Below, in pieces: positions 52,674 through 64,000 of a stretch of DNA of 64,000 bases (its first letter is position 1; every line of letters begins with the position of its first letter). The stretch is from Xylographa opegraphella (lineage: Eukaryota), in assembly GCA_022813865.1 (NCBI GenBank), contig JALDZX010000035.1, positions 124,001-188,000 on the forward strand, read 5' to 3'. The translations under genes and the position numbers were made by a program. The notes below the pieces were generated by a model. It saw only the letters and a list, made by a program, of their open reading frames with translations, was not told the origin of the DNA and searched no databases.

Positions 52674-55600
52674 ATGGCGGATGCGGAGGCGGTGGCGGCC
52701 TTTCTGAGCTCGATGCAGGTTCTGAACGAGGGCTCTACGAAGTACGAGGCTACAAATGGTGCTAGTGCACAGCAGATAGATTCTTCGTCATCAGATGAAT
52801 ATGATCCTGCCTCAGATGTGCAAGATATGACAATGTCTCCCGGTCCACAATCTCAGTTCCAGCCTGACCCACTTTCCTCTCTTGATTCTTCTAGCAATGC
52901 TATCTCACATCCTGTTTCTACCACTGCGCAACAAACATCCGCTCACGCAAATGGGGTCATTGCTATGACTTCGCTCTCCGAGGTCACCATGCCAAATAAC
53001 AGCAAAAGTGACACCGCTGTCGAAGCGACCGATCAGCAATCGAGCTCGGCAGATTCCCCCATCACTGCACAACCTGATACGAATCCCTCTCTTGATACTA
53101 CTGCCACTGTTACTGATATTGGTCCTACCGCTCATAATGACAGTGTGCCCGCACGAAAAGAAACCTCAAAGAGTGATGCTATAATAGAGTCACCCAGCAC
53201 GATCGCACCTTCTAAAGCTCGTCTACCTCATGATAGAATCGGCTTGTTGGAGGACAGAATCAAAGAAGATGAGAGGGGAGACATGGATGCTTGGTTGAGT
53301 CTGATAAGCGAATATCGGAAACGCGGTAAGGTAGAGGAAGCTCGGAAGGTGTATGAAAGATATTTCGCTGTATTTCCTTGGGCGGTAAGTTACTTCGCGA
53401 ATTTGCTTGAAACTCTGCGGCTGACGCGTAATAAGGCGGAACAATGGGTTGCTTATACACAGTTGGAAAACGAGGCACAGAATCGTCATGGAGTTGAAGC
53501 TATCTTTGGCAAGACACTTCAGGATAGTGCCAGTCTACAACTGTGGACCGCTTACCTCGATCACATCCGTCGCTACTTCAGCATTGCGTCTGACAAGATC
53601 GGAAATGCAGGTCAGATCAACCATCAAGCTTACGAGGCAGTTATTGCGGCCGTTGGCATTGACAAAGATGCTGGTAAGTTATGGCAGGATTATATACAGT
53701 TTATCAAAACTTCCCCAGGCGTACTGGGTGGAAACAACTGGCAAGATCAACAAAAGATGGACTTACTTCGTAAAACATATCAAAGCGCTGTGTGCGTTCC
53801 GACGCAAGCAGTGGAAGGCCTTTGGAGGGACTACAACAGCTTTGAGATGGGTTTGAATAAGTTGACCGTAGGTCTATGGGATGTCCACTTGACTCAAGCT
53901 AGCTAATAGTTTACGACAGGGTCGGAAATTCCTTCAAGATCAGTCGCCAGCCTATATGACTGCACGTAGCTCGTACATGGAAGTACAAAATATCACTCGT
54001 GACCTGAAGCGGACGACGTTACCCGCTTTGCCTCCTGCATTTGGTTTTGAGGGCGATGTCGAGTACATGAAGCAGGTTGATATTTGGAAACGGTGGATTC
54101 AGTGGGAAAAGGATGACCCTCTCGTGCTTAAGCAGGACGAACCAGAAAAATATAAAACACGCATAGTTTTTGTTTATAAGCAAGCTTTGATGGCGCTGCA
54201 GTTTTGGCCTGAGATGTGGTTTGATGCAGCTGAATTTTGTGTCAATAACGATCTAGAAACCCAAGGCAATGATTTCCTCAATCGAGGCATTTCTGCAAAT
54301 CCAGAGAGCTGTTTGTTAGCATTCAAGCGCGCTGATCGTTTAGAGCTTTCGACTACCAACGGAAATGATGACGAGAGTAAGAAGAGACGCGGAGATACCG
54401 TCCGAGAGCCTTACGACAAGGTTCTCGATGCTCTTTATGAGTTGATCAACAAAGCCATGGCGCGCGAAGCCAGAGATCTGGCTCGTATTGAAGCCCATTT
54501 CTCGGAAGCAAGCAATGGCCTCACCAATAAGGGGACTCAAGACACGACCGAGCAAGAGAACGACGAGGTCGAGGAACAGAAAAAAGTTCTCGACCAGCAG
54601 AAAAATGCGCAGTTCGAAATTGTCAAGGCTATGGGTGCAGTACAAATTCGCCTTCTCCACAAGACTATCTCCCACGCATGGATTGCTTTGATGCGCGCCT
54701 TCCACCGAATGCAGGGTAAAGGCAAGGTCGGCGCACTTGTAGGTGGTTCACGACAAATCTTTACAGATTCCCGCAAGAAAGGACGCATCACTAGTGATGT
54801 ATGGATAGCAGCGGCCATGCTAGAATTCCACTCCTTTGAAGCTGAATCAGCGAAGCGAATCTTTGAGCGAGGTGTGAAGCTTTTTCCCGAGGATGACAAT
54901 TTTGCTCTTGAGTACGTGAAACACTTGATTGCTACGAATGATCATACCAGTAAGTCAAATCTGGTATTTTCCGAACCTGATGCTGACGCCGCTAGATGCA
55001 AGAGTTGTCTTTGAGACCGCTGTGGGGAGGTTGACGCAGAAACCGGAAACGGTACCAAAAGCAAAGCCGCTATACGCTTATTTCCATGACTTCCAGTCTC
55101 GCTACGGCGAGCTAGCCCAGATTATCAAATTGGAAAAGCGGATCAGTGAAACGTTCCCAGACGATCCAAGGCTTGCATCTTTCTCAGAACGTTTTGTCCA
55201 TGAAGGATTTGATCCCACAGCTGTTCGGCCAATTATATCCCCTACAACCCAAACACGGCCCAAGGCGATGCCGGTTCCCAGCATTGAGCCTGTCCCCTCC
55301 GCCCCAGACTCCCCACCAAACCGCTTGATTCGTGTCACCAACTCTCCAAAGAGACTGCTACCCATCGAAGAATCCGATAACGAGTCAAGCCGTCCTCGGA
55401 AACTTGCCCGTGGTGAATCACCTCTTAAAGGAGCCGCAGGACGCCGTCTCGACCAGCAGAAACGTAACCGCCAACCGCAAGATATGTCGCAATACGAAGG
55501 ACAACCCAACTCTCATATGATGCCACCACCCCCTCTCCCTCGAGATGTCCTTTTCCTCCTCAGTATCATCCCTAAGTCATCAACATACCACGCGACAAAA

Positions 55601-56100
55601 TTCAATCCCGAAGAGATGGTAAGACTCATACGTGAGACAAACATACCTAACTCGGTAAATCAGTTGCGGCCACCGCCTCCACCACAGAATGGAGGGGTAA
55701 TGCAGCAAATGACGCCAATGCCTCCAGGTCAGTACAATAGTGGTAGGTACCTCCAAATTTCTCAGCAGCCCCATCACGCCTCCTCCCAGCAACAGTCTTT
55801 TCAGCAAAAAAAGTAAGAAGCGCGATCAGGACACGGCCTGCATAGGCCGGTGATCCAGGCGTTAGCGATCTCGAGCACGAGAGGACTGGGAGAGTGATAT
55901 CTTCGGTCTCAGTCAGTCCCATGACTGCCTGCCGAAGTGGTTCTCTCCTCCGCTTCCGCGTGCCATTTCTAAGCTTAATCTCTTGGCCACCATATCGCCC
56001 GATAATCTCGGCACTCTCATGGGTTCACAAAGCTTATCGTTCAGGCTGGATTGATCCTCTGTTAACCTCCTTCTTAGGTCCATACCAGTATGCTCGGTGA
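52674..56100 (+). CDS. RNA14: mRNA 3'-end processing factor Rna14/CstF-77 (HAT repeats); ends at 56100 if the last intron is spliced, at 55816 if retained
   Basis: KARLPHDRIG.LEDRIKED.RGD.DAWL, VGIDKDAGKLWQDYI, WQDQQKMDLLRK.YQ, WIQWEKDDPL, IFERG.KLFPED, RGESPLKGAAGRRL, LPRDV.FLLSIIP. Confidence 0.95.
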
Positions 56101-57857
56101 CGAACATGTTGAAAAGCTAGAGGAGGGTTGCGGCATGGGCGGGGGAGCCTTGTGTCGGAAGCCTGCATATGTCTTTAAGCGAGCGTGTTAGCACATCATC
56201 AACGGCGGGAATTGGCACAGCCCTACCTGCTATGGGAGCTGTGTGTTGCGCAAGTATCATTTTCTTGTAAAGTATGGGGTCATAGTCTCGATAGCTAAAG
56301 CGCAGCTACAGCGAGATCTGCCATAGTGAGCGGGGGAGACCCGAAACGAAGATGGTAACTCAGCTCTACAAAGTCCTCGACGTGTCGGTCTGGTTTCGGA
56401 CAAATATTTTTACATGTAATCAATTCCCGGGGGTGTGTATGCGAAGTGACGTGTAAAGACAAACGAGCAAAGCACGATTGAATAGGTTTAATACATCCTC
56501 TCATAACCGCAGCCTCCCCACGGTCAGCCAGCTCTGGTGCAGAATCATCGTCTTCAACTGTCTGATAGAAGCACGAGAGATCTCGCCCTCGGACAAGCGA
56601 AGGTGATCTAGGGCCTGGACCACACAACCTCATCGCGACAGCAACTCTGAGAGCTATTCACACGTGAGGTGTCCACGTTGAAACGCGTCACAGGTACTGA
56701 GCTTAGATTCTTTCTTATACATGGACCAAATCATCTCTCAACTCGGCTCAGTTGCCGCGGTGCTACAGGAAACCAATCTGCCTTAATTTCCTTCACGTCA
56801 ACGTCAACACCTTCCTCTTTCTTCCTACATCCTGTCCTCAAACCTGCGTCCCACATCTGCCCTCACCTTCATCCACCCTGTTTGACTTCCTTCGGTCCTT
56901 CTTCATTGACCTCATCCTCTATCCTCAGTCTTACCAGGTGCCTTCGTCAGTGTGGCCTCATTAATACCCTTGTCTGATCGTCAACAGCGACGAGGGTGTC
57001 GTGGTCGCCTCATCATTGTACGTACTTGAACCTCAATTTGATGATCGCGACACGGTCTGGCTTCTCTCAACCAGCGATCACAATCCTTCATCCGGTTATC
57101 AGATTCGACCTAGCAAGCTCAATCAAACGCGCAACAATTGGCAAACTGATTCTCTGTTCCTAAGTATCTCGACGATAACCTCAAGGTGAGTGGCCGCATT
57201 TGGATCAACATCACCACAAGACTTCGCCTTTCTCTCTACCTTCTCCTCTTCCTTTCCTTATACATCGGTCGATCATTCCTTCCTTCGTCTTGTCTTCCTG
57301 TATCTTCATCCAAGCACAAACACTCTACAAGCACAACTCTGCAAATTTCTTCACAACATCAACTGGTCTGTCCTCGTCCTGACCGTCAACCTTACGTACC
57401 AGTCCTTTTCATGTCCTTGTACTCGACTGGCTGTCATTTTCTGTTTCGGTTACTCTCTTCACATTATCTTCAACGATTTAGTACGTTTTCCCAAAAGGCT
57501 CGCATTTTGATTAGAAAACGGTAAAGTGGTTAAATATTTCGCGATATACGATTGTCATAGTTCTTAATCCTTGCTGCAGTTCCGCGATAAACGCATTTTC
57601 CGAATCAATTTGCTGCTAAAATTGCTTTCTGGCTTCTTCATATTCTGGTCTTTCATCTTCGCATGAGCCACTCCTGTCGAGAACGGACTAGCACATCACA
57701 CTTGTGGCCCGCTCCTGCTCCTTCGACCAAACAATGTACTTGAATATGCTTCCCATAGAAAGGCTTCATAACCACTTCTTCGTAGTCGTCTACCGGGGGT
57801 AAACATACCGCTAACCTTGTTCGTAATTAGGTCAAGGTCGACACATATTTCTTTAAA

Positions 57858-60800
57858 ATGCCGGGAGCTGTAAAGAAGCGCGAAGCGCAGGCACGAGAGT
57901 CTGTTCGTCCCCAGCGGACAGACAATACGGCATCCCGTTTAGATGCCCCCGAGATTGCCCGAATGGATGGCCCCACAGGATCTTCAGCCGATGATGACGA
58001 TCGTGGACGACGTATGTCGAATGCTCCTGGATCTCGGGCTGGCAGCGCTGTCCGCGCCGGAAGTGCTGCACGACCAATGCTTTTCGACCCGGCGAGGAAG
58101 CCTCCCCTCAATAAGAACATCGACTACCCAGCGAATGTTTACAACATGTTCAGCCAGGTAAGCGGACGCATTTCCATCGGCTTGTGGACGGCCTGCATGT
58201 GATTGTCGTGCCCAAGTATTCACTCGTCCCCAATCTTGCGTGTATTCGAATAGCACCTCGGGAAACCATTGAATGGCGTTTTAAAGGAGTGAATTTGTGC
58301 ACCCCTCTTATTGATGGGATGTTTGCTCGACCTATTCACCATGTGGCCATTGTGGGACGGACGAGCAATCGCTGTTCACAAAACCACATTCTTCTTTCCT
58401 TCGAACTGTTCCTTCTACATCTTCCTTCTACACGCCGAACATCTTTCTATTCTGCTTCCGATGTCTCTTAGGAACTTTGAACCTTGAGACGCGTCTGGTC
58501 AGTACATTCGCTGGCTGGTGTTTGTTTCTTCGTCTGTGCTGTGCCTAGGTGTCTATCTTCCTTGAAAGTAAAGTACCATCCTTTGAGAGATTCCTTAAGG
58601 TTTCCCCATCATCACGGCACTATCTACCATTAGCTAAAATTATTCCTATCATTAACCCATCTTGTCTTCACTATGGAGGACAGTGTCCTCGCAAAAGAGG
58701 CTAAAATCTCCGCGAGCATGTTCCTTGATAACCCTAAGGATCCGTTGGAAGAGGAAGCCATTGAAGCAGCCAAAAAAATGCCACCCGACCCTAATCCAGT
58801 GAAATTTCGTCACCTCAATGTGGATGCTGACACTCATCAGTACGATCTTCCTACAGAATGTGCCTCTCGACCTGGCTTCAATACCTCAGGACAGGGAGTA
58901 TTGGTCAATATCAATTCCTACGCTGTTGTGAAGTTCCCCGATAAGGTCATCTACCAGTATGATGTAAGTTATTCATCTATTGATTCATTTAACTCGAGCA
59001 TTGCTATGTATGTTTTCATTCACAGACTTATCAATGTCATATCCTTGAACTACCACCATCATCCCTAGTTTGGAGGAACTACATTTTATCCATCCTCAAA
59101 AGCCTTGACTGACGAGTTTTCTTTTTCAAGGTCTTGATCGGTTCTGGTGTCGAAAAGCGTGGTCTCGTCACGAAGGTGTGGAATTCGAAAGCTGTCCAAA
59201 AAGCGATTGGTAATGGATGGGTATTTGATGGCAACCGCCTGGCCTGGTATGTGTATCTCTGTTTTTTGCTGGACACATAGTACTCATGATATGTCCAGGA
59301 GCATGGATGCAATTCCTAACCGTCAGTTCACCGTAGACTTAGATGAGGAGCAGTGCACCCCGTCGAGACCTGGACGGTTGAATAGCCACAAGGTCCAGAT
59401 TCGTCCTTCAACAAAAATCAATCTTGCTTCTATCCAGGCCTACCTTGATCGTAAAATGAGCATGGACAATTCAGTGCTCCAAGCTATTGGTATGGTTGAT
59501 GCTGCTTGTTTCTTTCGTCTCAATGCAATTATGCTAACTTACTTAAGATTTCCTTGATCACCTCATGCGTGTGACTCCATCTAAGAACATGTACTCTCTC
59601 AAGCGGTCCTTCTTTGATCCAAAGATGGTGAAGCGTGAGAGACTTGGTGGAGGTGTCGAAGCGATGAAGGGAGTCTACCAGAGTATTCGTATTGCTCATG
59701 TATAATCCCGCTATACACTCTTTCGAGCAATGGCTCTTGGCTAACATTATGTAGGGTAGTCGTCTTGTGGTGAATGTTGATGTCTCCAACTGTGTTTTCT
59801 ATGGCGACTACCCAATGGAGATGATGGCGACTCAAGTCACGGGCAGTGCCAATGCGTTGATATGTGGAGAGATGTCAAAGAAAGTCAAACCAACTTTTCG
59901 GGAAGCGGAGAAGGAATCTCTTACCTTCTTGAAGCTTAAAAAATTGAAGAAGATTAGATTCCGTGTTCGATACCGTGGTGCTTCAGAGAGTACGTCCTCA
60001 TACACTTTCCGGTGATTCTGGCTGACCACTCTCGTATAGAGGTATTGAAGCAAGTGCACATGGTGAAAGAATTCTCGCAAGAGAATTGTTATAACTGGTT
60101 CTTCAACCAAAAGGATAAGGAGACTGGGGTTGAGAAGAGGACGTCAATCTTCGATTACTTCATGGAGAAATACAACATCCATCTCTCGCACCCTACCATG
60201 TGTGTCGTGGAAACAATGAAAAGGGGTATAGCATTCCCTATGGAGGTTTGCTATGTCGAACCGGGTCAAAAATACCCATACAAGATTGATGCTGTCCAGG
60301 TCAGTCATCTCAACGATATTTATGGATCTAACTAACAAGCCCGTGCAGACTGCTTCGATGATAAAGTTTGCTGTCACGAGACCGAAAGAGCGTCGAGAGG
60401 GTATTGAAGGCGGTCTTGCGCTCCTAAACTGGGAAAATGATCCTTATATCAAAAATTATGGTCTCAAGATATCGAAAGACATGTTAGAGACCCAAGCACG
60501 TCTGCTAGCCCCTCCAATTGTTCAATTTGCCAAGACGCAGCAGAAGCCTGGACTTTCTGGTCGTTGGCGTCTCGATGGGCAACAGTTTCTGCTTCCTAAC
60601 AAGAATGATCTTATTCATTGGGGTGTATGCATTATCAACTCCGTGGGGTATGTCCAACAGTCTTATCTCGGATGTGATTGATCTTATGCTAACAGCCCGC
60701 CAGTCGAGACCGCCTTGATAAAGCCGCAGCATCGACCTTCATACGTACGTTTGTTAATACTTACAAAGGCCATGGAGGCAAAGTTTCCAATGCGAATCCT

Positions 60801-62181
60801 CCTATCATGGAAGGTCCCGTAGATGAAGCTAAGTGCGTGACTGACCTTTTCAACGAGATCGTGGCCAAAACCGGAGGTGGAAAGCCTCAAATGATGGTCT
60901 TCTTGTTGGCTGGGAAGGATTCCCTATGTTATGAACGAATCAAGAGGTCTTGTGATTGCCGCTACGGAGTTGTTTCACAGTGCATGCAGAATGCCCACGT
61001 CAAGAGAGGACAAGGGCAGTACATTTCTAACGTTTTAATGAAATTCAATGCCAAGCTCGGTGGTACAACGAGCAAAGTCGCAGGAGTGAGTAGAGCTCTT
61101 GCTCCGTTGCTCGAGACAGATACTAACTCCTTTAGAAACCACCTGGAGGTCATTTCAAAATTCCGACCATGATCGTTGGTGCTGATGTCTCCCATGCTTC
61201 TCCCGGTAGTCTACAGCCTTCAATGGCAGCGCTGACCTGTTCCATGGACAAAACGTGCTGTCGATATGCTGCCGCATGCGAGTCCAACGGTCATCGTGTC
61301 GAGATGGTCACCCAGTTCAATCTCGAGGACATGCTTACCCCACTGTTCCGCCAGTGGATGTCCGAAGTCGGAATGGGACGTATGCCTCAACAGTTCTTCT
61401 ATTTCCGCGACGGTGTCTCTGAAGGCCAATACCAGCATGTGATCCAACAAGAAGTGAAACATATCAAGCGCATTTGGCGTACGCTTGATGAATCTAACAA
61501 ATATGTGAACTACGAGAAGGTTAGTTGGGGACCAATAGTGGTCATCTCACAGTACTGATGAGTCCAGATCAAATTTACTGTGATTGTCGCCTCGAAGCGC
61601 CATCACATCCGCTTTTTCCCTAAAGAACGTAGTCCTGCAGCTGACAAGAATTTGAATCCATGTCCTGGTGTCCTGGTCGAGAAAGACGTTACGCATCCAT
61701 TCGAGTATGATTTCTACCTTAATTCGCACTCCGCTATTCAAGGAACTGCTCGCCCTACACATTATCATGTCTTGATGGACGAATCCAAGTTTCCACCAAA
61801 TGAGTTGCAGAACATGATCTATGAACACTGCTATCAGTACATGCGTTCCACCACTCCTGTGTCCCTCTGTACGAACCTTATGCCCTAAATGATTTGGTAC
61901 TTGCTGACTTGTGATCAGTCCCCGCTGTGTACTATGCACACTTGGCATCCAAGCGCGCCGTGTCGCATGAGAATAGACCCGCTAGTTCCGGAGCGCATCA
62001 GTTCAACGAGGAACAACAGCGTCTTGAGCTCATAAAGCTCAAGGAAGAGGCCGATCGTGAGGGTAAGAAACTGTCGAAGACCAATTCCGAGAAGCTTAAC
62101 CGCTTTACTGAGGCAGAGTCTCGTCCACTGATAAAGATGAAGAATGATACCGGTATCATGTGGGGTATGTGGTACATCTAG
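57858..62181 (+). CDS. Argonaute (N-PAZ-MID-PIWI), probably SMS-2/meiotic-silencing-like clade; 11 introns in the CDS
   Basis: RPGFN..G....NINSY, FDGNRLAW, KGVYQSIR, FPMEVC, YERIKRSCDCRYGVVSQC, NVLMKFNAKLGG, GADVSH, RVEM, FRDGVSEGQ, QGTARPTHYHVL, YYAHLA, MWYI. Clade call is from recalled motif differences versus QDE-2 (GIDVTH/MFYI), not from a tree. Confidence 0.97.
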
Positions 62182-64000
62182 ATGTTCCCCATGGATCCTA
62201 ATACCTACGACTTTCTTGAATGACCTGCGGGACTACTTAGCGAGTGCAGCTTTTCTCCATATGTTTTGCATCTGGTTTGCCTTGCTAGCATGGGCAATGT
62301 TGATTTTCGGCTCTGCAGACCGTTTTACGAGATTTTCGTGTCTCTCTCTGATCTTAACTGGGGAGTTCAGTCTTTGATCTCCTTCGGTACATGTCAAACT
62401 CTTGTCTGATATCCATCACTTTTTCAACACAGCCCGTAGCAACGGCTCAATATTCTCATACACTCTAGACTACAGGCTCGGCCTTTTGCTGCTAATTCCT
62501 GCACTACTTACACCTGCTCAGGCGAGCTCCGTTCGATGGAGAACAGGTCTCAAACACATTACTTGGAGGCTAGCTAGCAAGCTGCTCTTCAGCTCTTTGC
62601 ACTTCTCTCTTTCCTAGGATGGACCATTCTCACACCGACCAGCTGTTGGAGTGGAATCGGACTTTCTCGATGGTCTCGGAGAGTGGGGGCTGAGGATGCA
62701 TATGGGGCCTCAAAAGTGCTTTTTGCTTTTGCTCTTGCTCATTTTGCTTTGAAGAAATGCTGGGGTTTACAGACTTGGTTTCACATAGAAGAAAACATAT
62801 ATCTTAGAAAAACAATCACAAAAAAATTATGAAAAGATTGCAGGTCCCGGTGGGTGGTGTGATGGTTTCTGGTGTGGTGTGTAGTGTTTCAGTGAATCAA
62901 GTTCTTCACGGTGACCAGGACTCATGAAGGGTAGAGTTGTTACATGAGGCTTCACAAGAACTCGAGCACTGACATCAGTGCAAGGAGAAGTCTGTCGCCT
63001 GACCGGTGAGCCTGCTACCTGCCCTCCCATTACATAAGTCAGCCAGCCAGCCAATCTCTCCCCACCCTTCCTCGAACTCATCACTGCAAACCCATCTCAA
63101 ATAGCTTCCCGCCTAGTTCAGCTCGTCATGGAGACGCGCAGAGACTGCACTGGGTAGGTTTGTCTGTGTGTCGAGGAAGAGGGGAAGAAGGGAGGAGTGG
63201 GGAGGGGCATTCTGTTTGGGGTTTGAGTGGTTGTGAGGAGGGTAGGTGGGTGTGGAAAGCAAAGAGTGGACGGAGTAACGACGCACATAGTAGGCTAGAC
63301 GGGCGCTCGCGCAGTTGGCGGGTAGATGGGCTGGGAGGGGGTGAGAGGTCCCGGGCGAGGATAAAGGGGGAGGAGGTAGATGCAGGACAACGAGATAGGG
63401 GACAGGGCACTGGTATACACTCGACACCGCCTCTCGGTCTCGAGTGCACCGCTGTGCGAGCTTGGGATTTACCCTGTATGCCGAAACAGGTTATAAAGGC
63501 GAAGGAATGCAGGGCAGTGCGAACACCAGCTCCGAAAGACGGACGAACGGTTCCGATAGCACGGGATGAGTTGCATTGACAAGATACCGTGCAGCAAGTA
63601 CTTTTTGTAGCGCGCAAGCCTCGTCGGAAACCCAGCAGCTAAAAAGCTTCAGGATTTCAGAAACGATAGGCAGCGTACCGCTGGCTGGAATACAGTGTCG
63701 ATAGACATAAAAACGCCAGAGGGCCGCCCAAACGCCGTGCATGCCAGTGATACCGAACCAAGCCAGCTCGCACCCCCATGGAATCCATGTCGTGACGTGT
63801 CGTACGGGCATAGCGCAGTAGCAGGGGCGACATACCCCGACATGCATCCCCGATCCGGCCGACTCCCATATCGAGTGAAATTACAGCATCGACGAAGCCA
63901 TCAGCTCCTCCTCACCCCGCCGCTCGCCCGTTCCACAGCCCCCGCGCCGTCTCCTGCACCTTGCGCGTCTGCGCTTGTATCTGCGCCTCCGTCTGGCCAC

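Noticed and set aside
43832..55000. In-frame stop-free introns (PDC1 intron 2, RNA14 intron 1; also GT15) as protein insertions
   Set aside because: They have canonical splice signals and interrupt conserved motifs. Short stop-free 3n introns are expected by chance.

Overview
Gene-dense region of a filamentous ascomycete (Pezizomycotina) genome, with short GT-AG introns carrying RCTRAC branch sites and about 21 protein-coding loci. In order: POM152 (truncated by the window edge), a UCH37-like deubiquitinase, an F-box/YccV protein, a hypothetical protein, a Zn2Cys6 factor, RPA34, TSR4, a small F-box-like ORF, PCP1, a GT15 mannosyltransferase, SGT1/Ecd, a membrane-anchored lectin-like protein, BCK1, an APH-like kinase, TAN1, PDC1, SRO7, an orphan/pseudogene, ASF1, RNA14 and an Argonaute with an intact DEDH tetrad, probably SMS-2-like. 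I found no transposon, rRNA, tRNA or CRISPR. The strongest leads are: (1) the Argonaute 5' end, with an in-frame alternative N-terminus inside a 683-nt intron and a frame-preserving micro-exon leader with a CUG in strong Kozak context; (2) a 3x105-bp SQ-rich repeat in RPA34; (3) an unusual GC-AG intron; (4) an alternative terminal exon of RNA14; (5) GC-rich low-complexity islands with C-to-G strand skew, two holding genes with in-frame TAG codons; (6) a TTAGGG-containing 14-bp minisatellite and a hairpin downstream of the Argonaute. Exon boundaries were read by eye. Family calls rest on motif recognition, not database searches.
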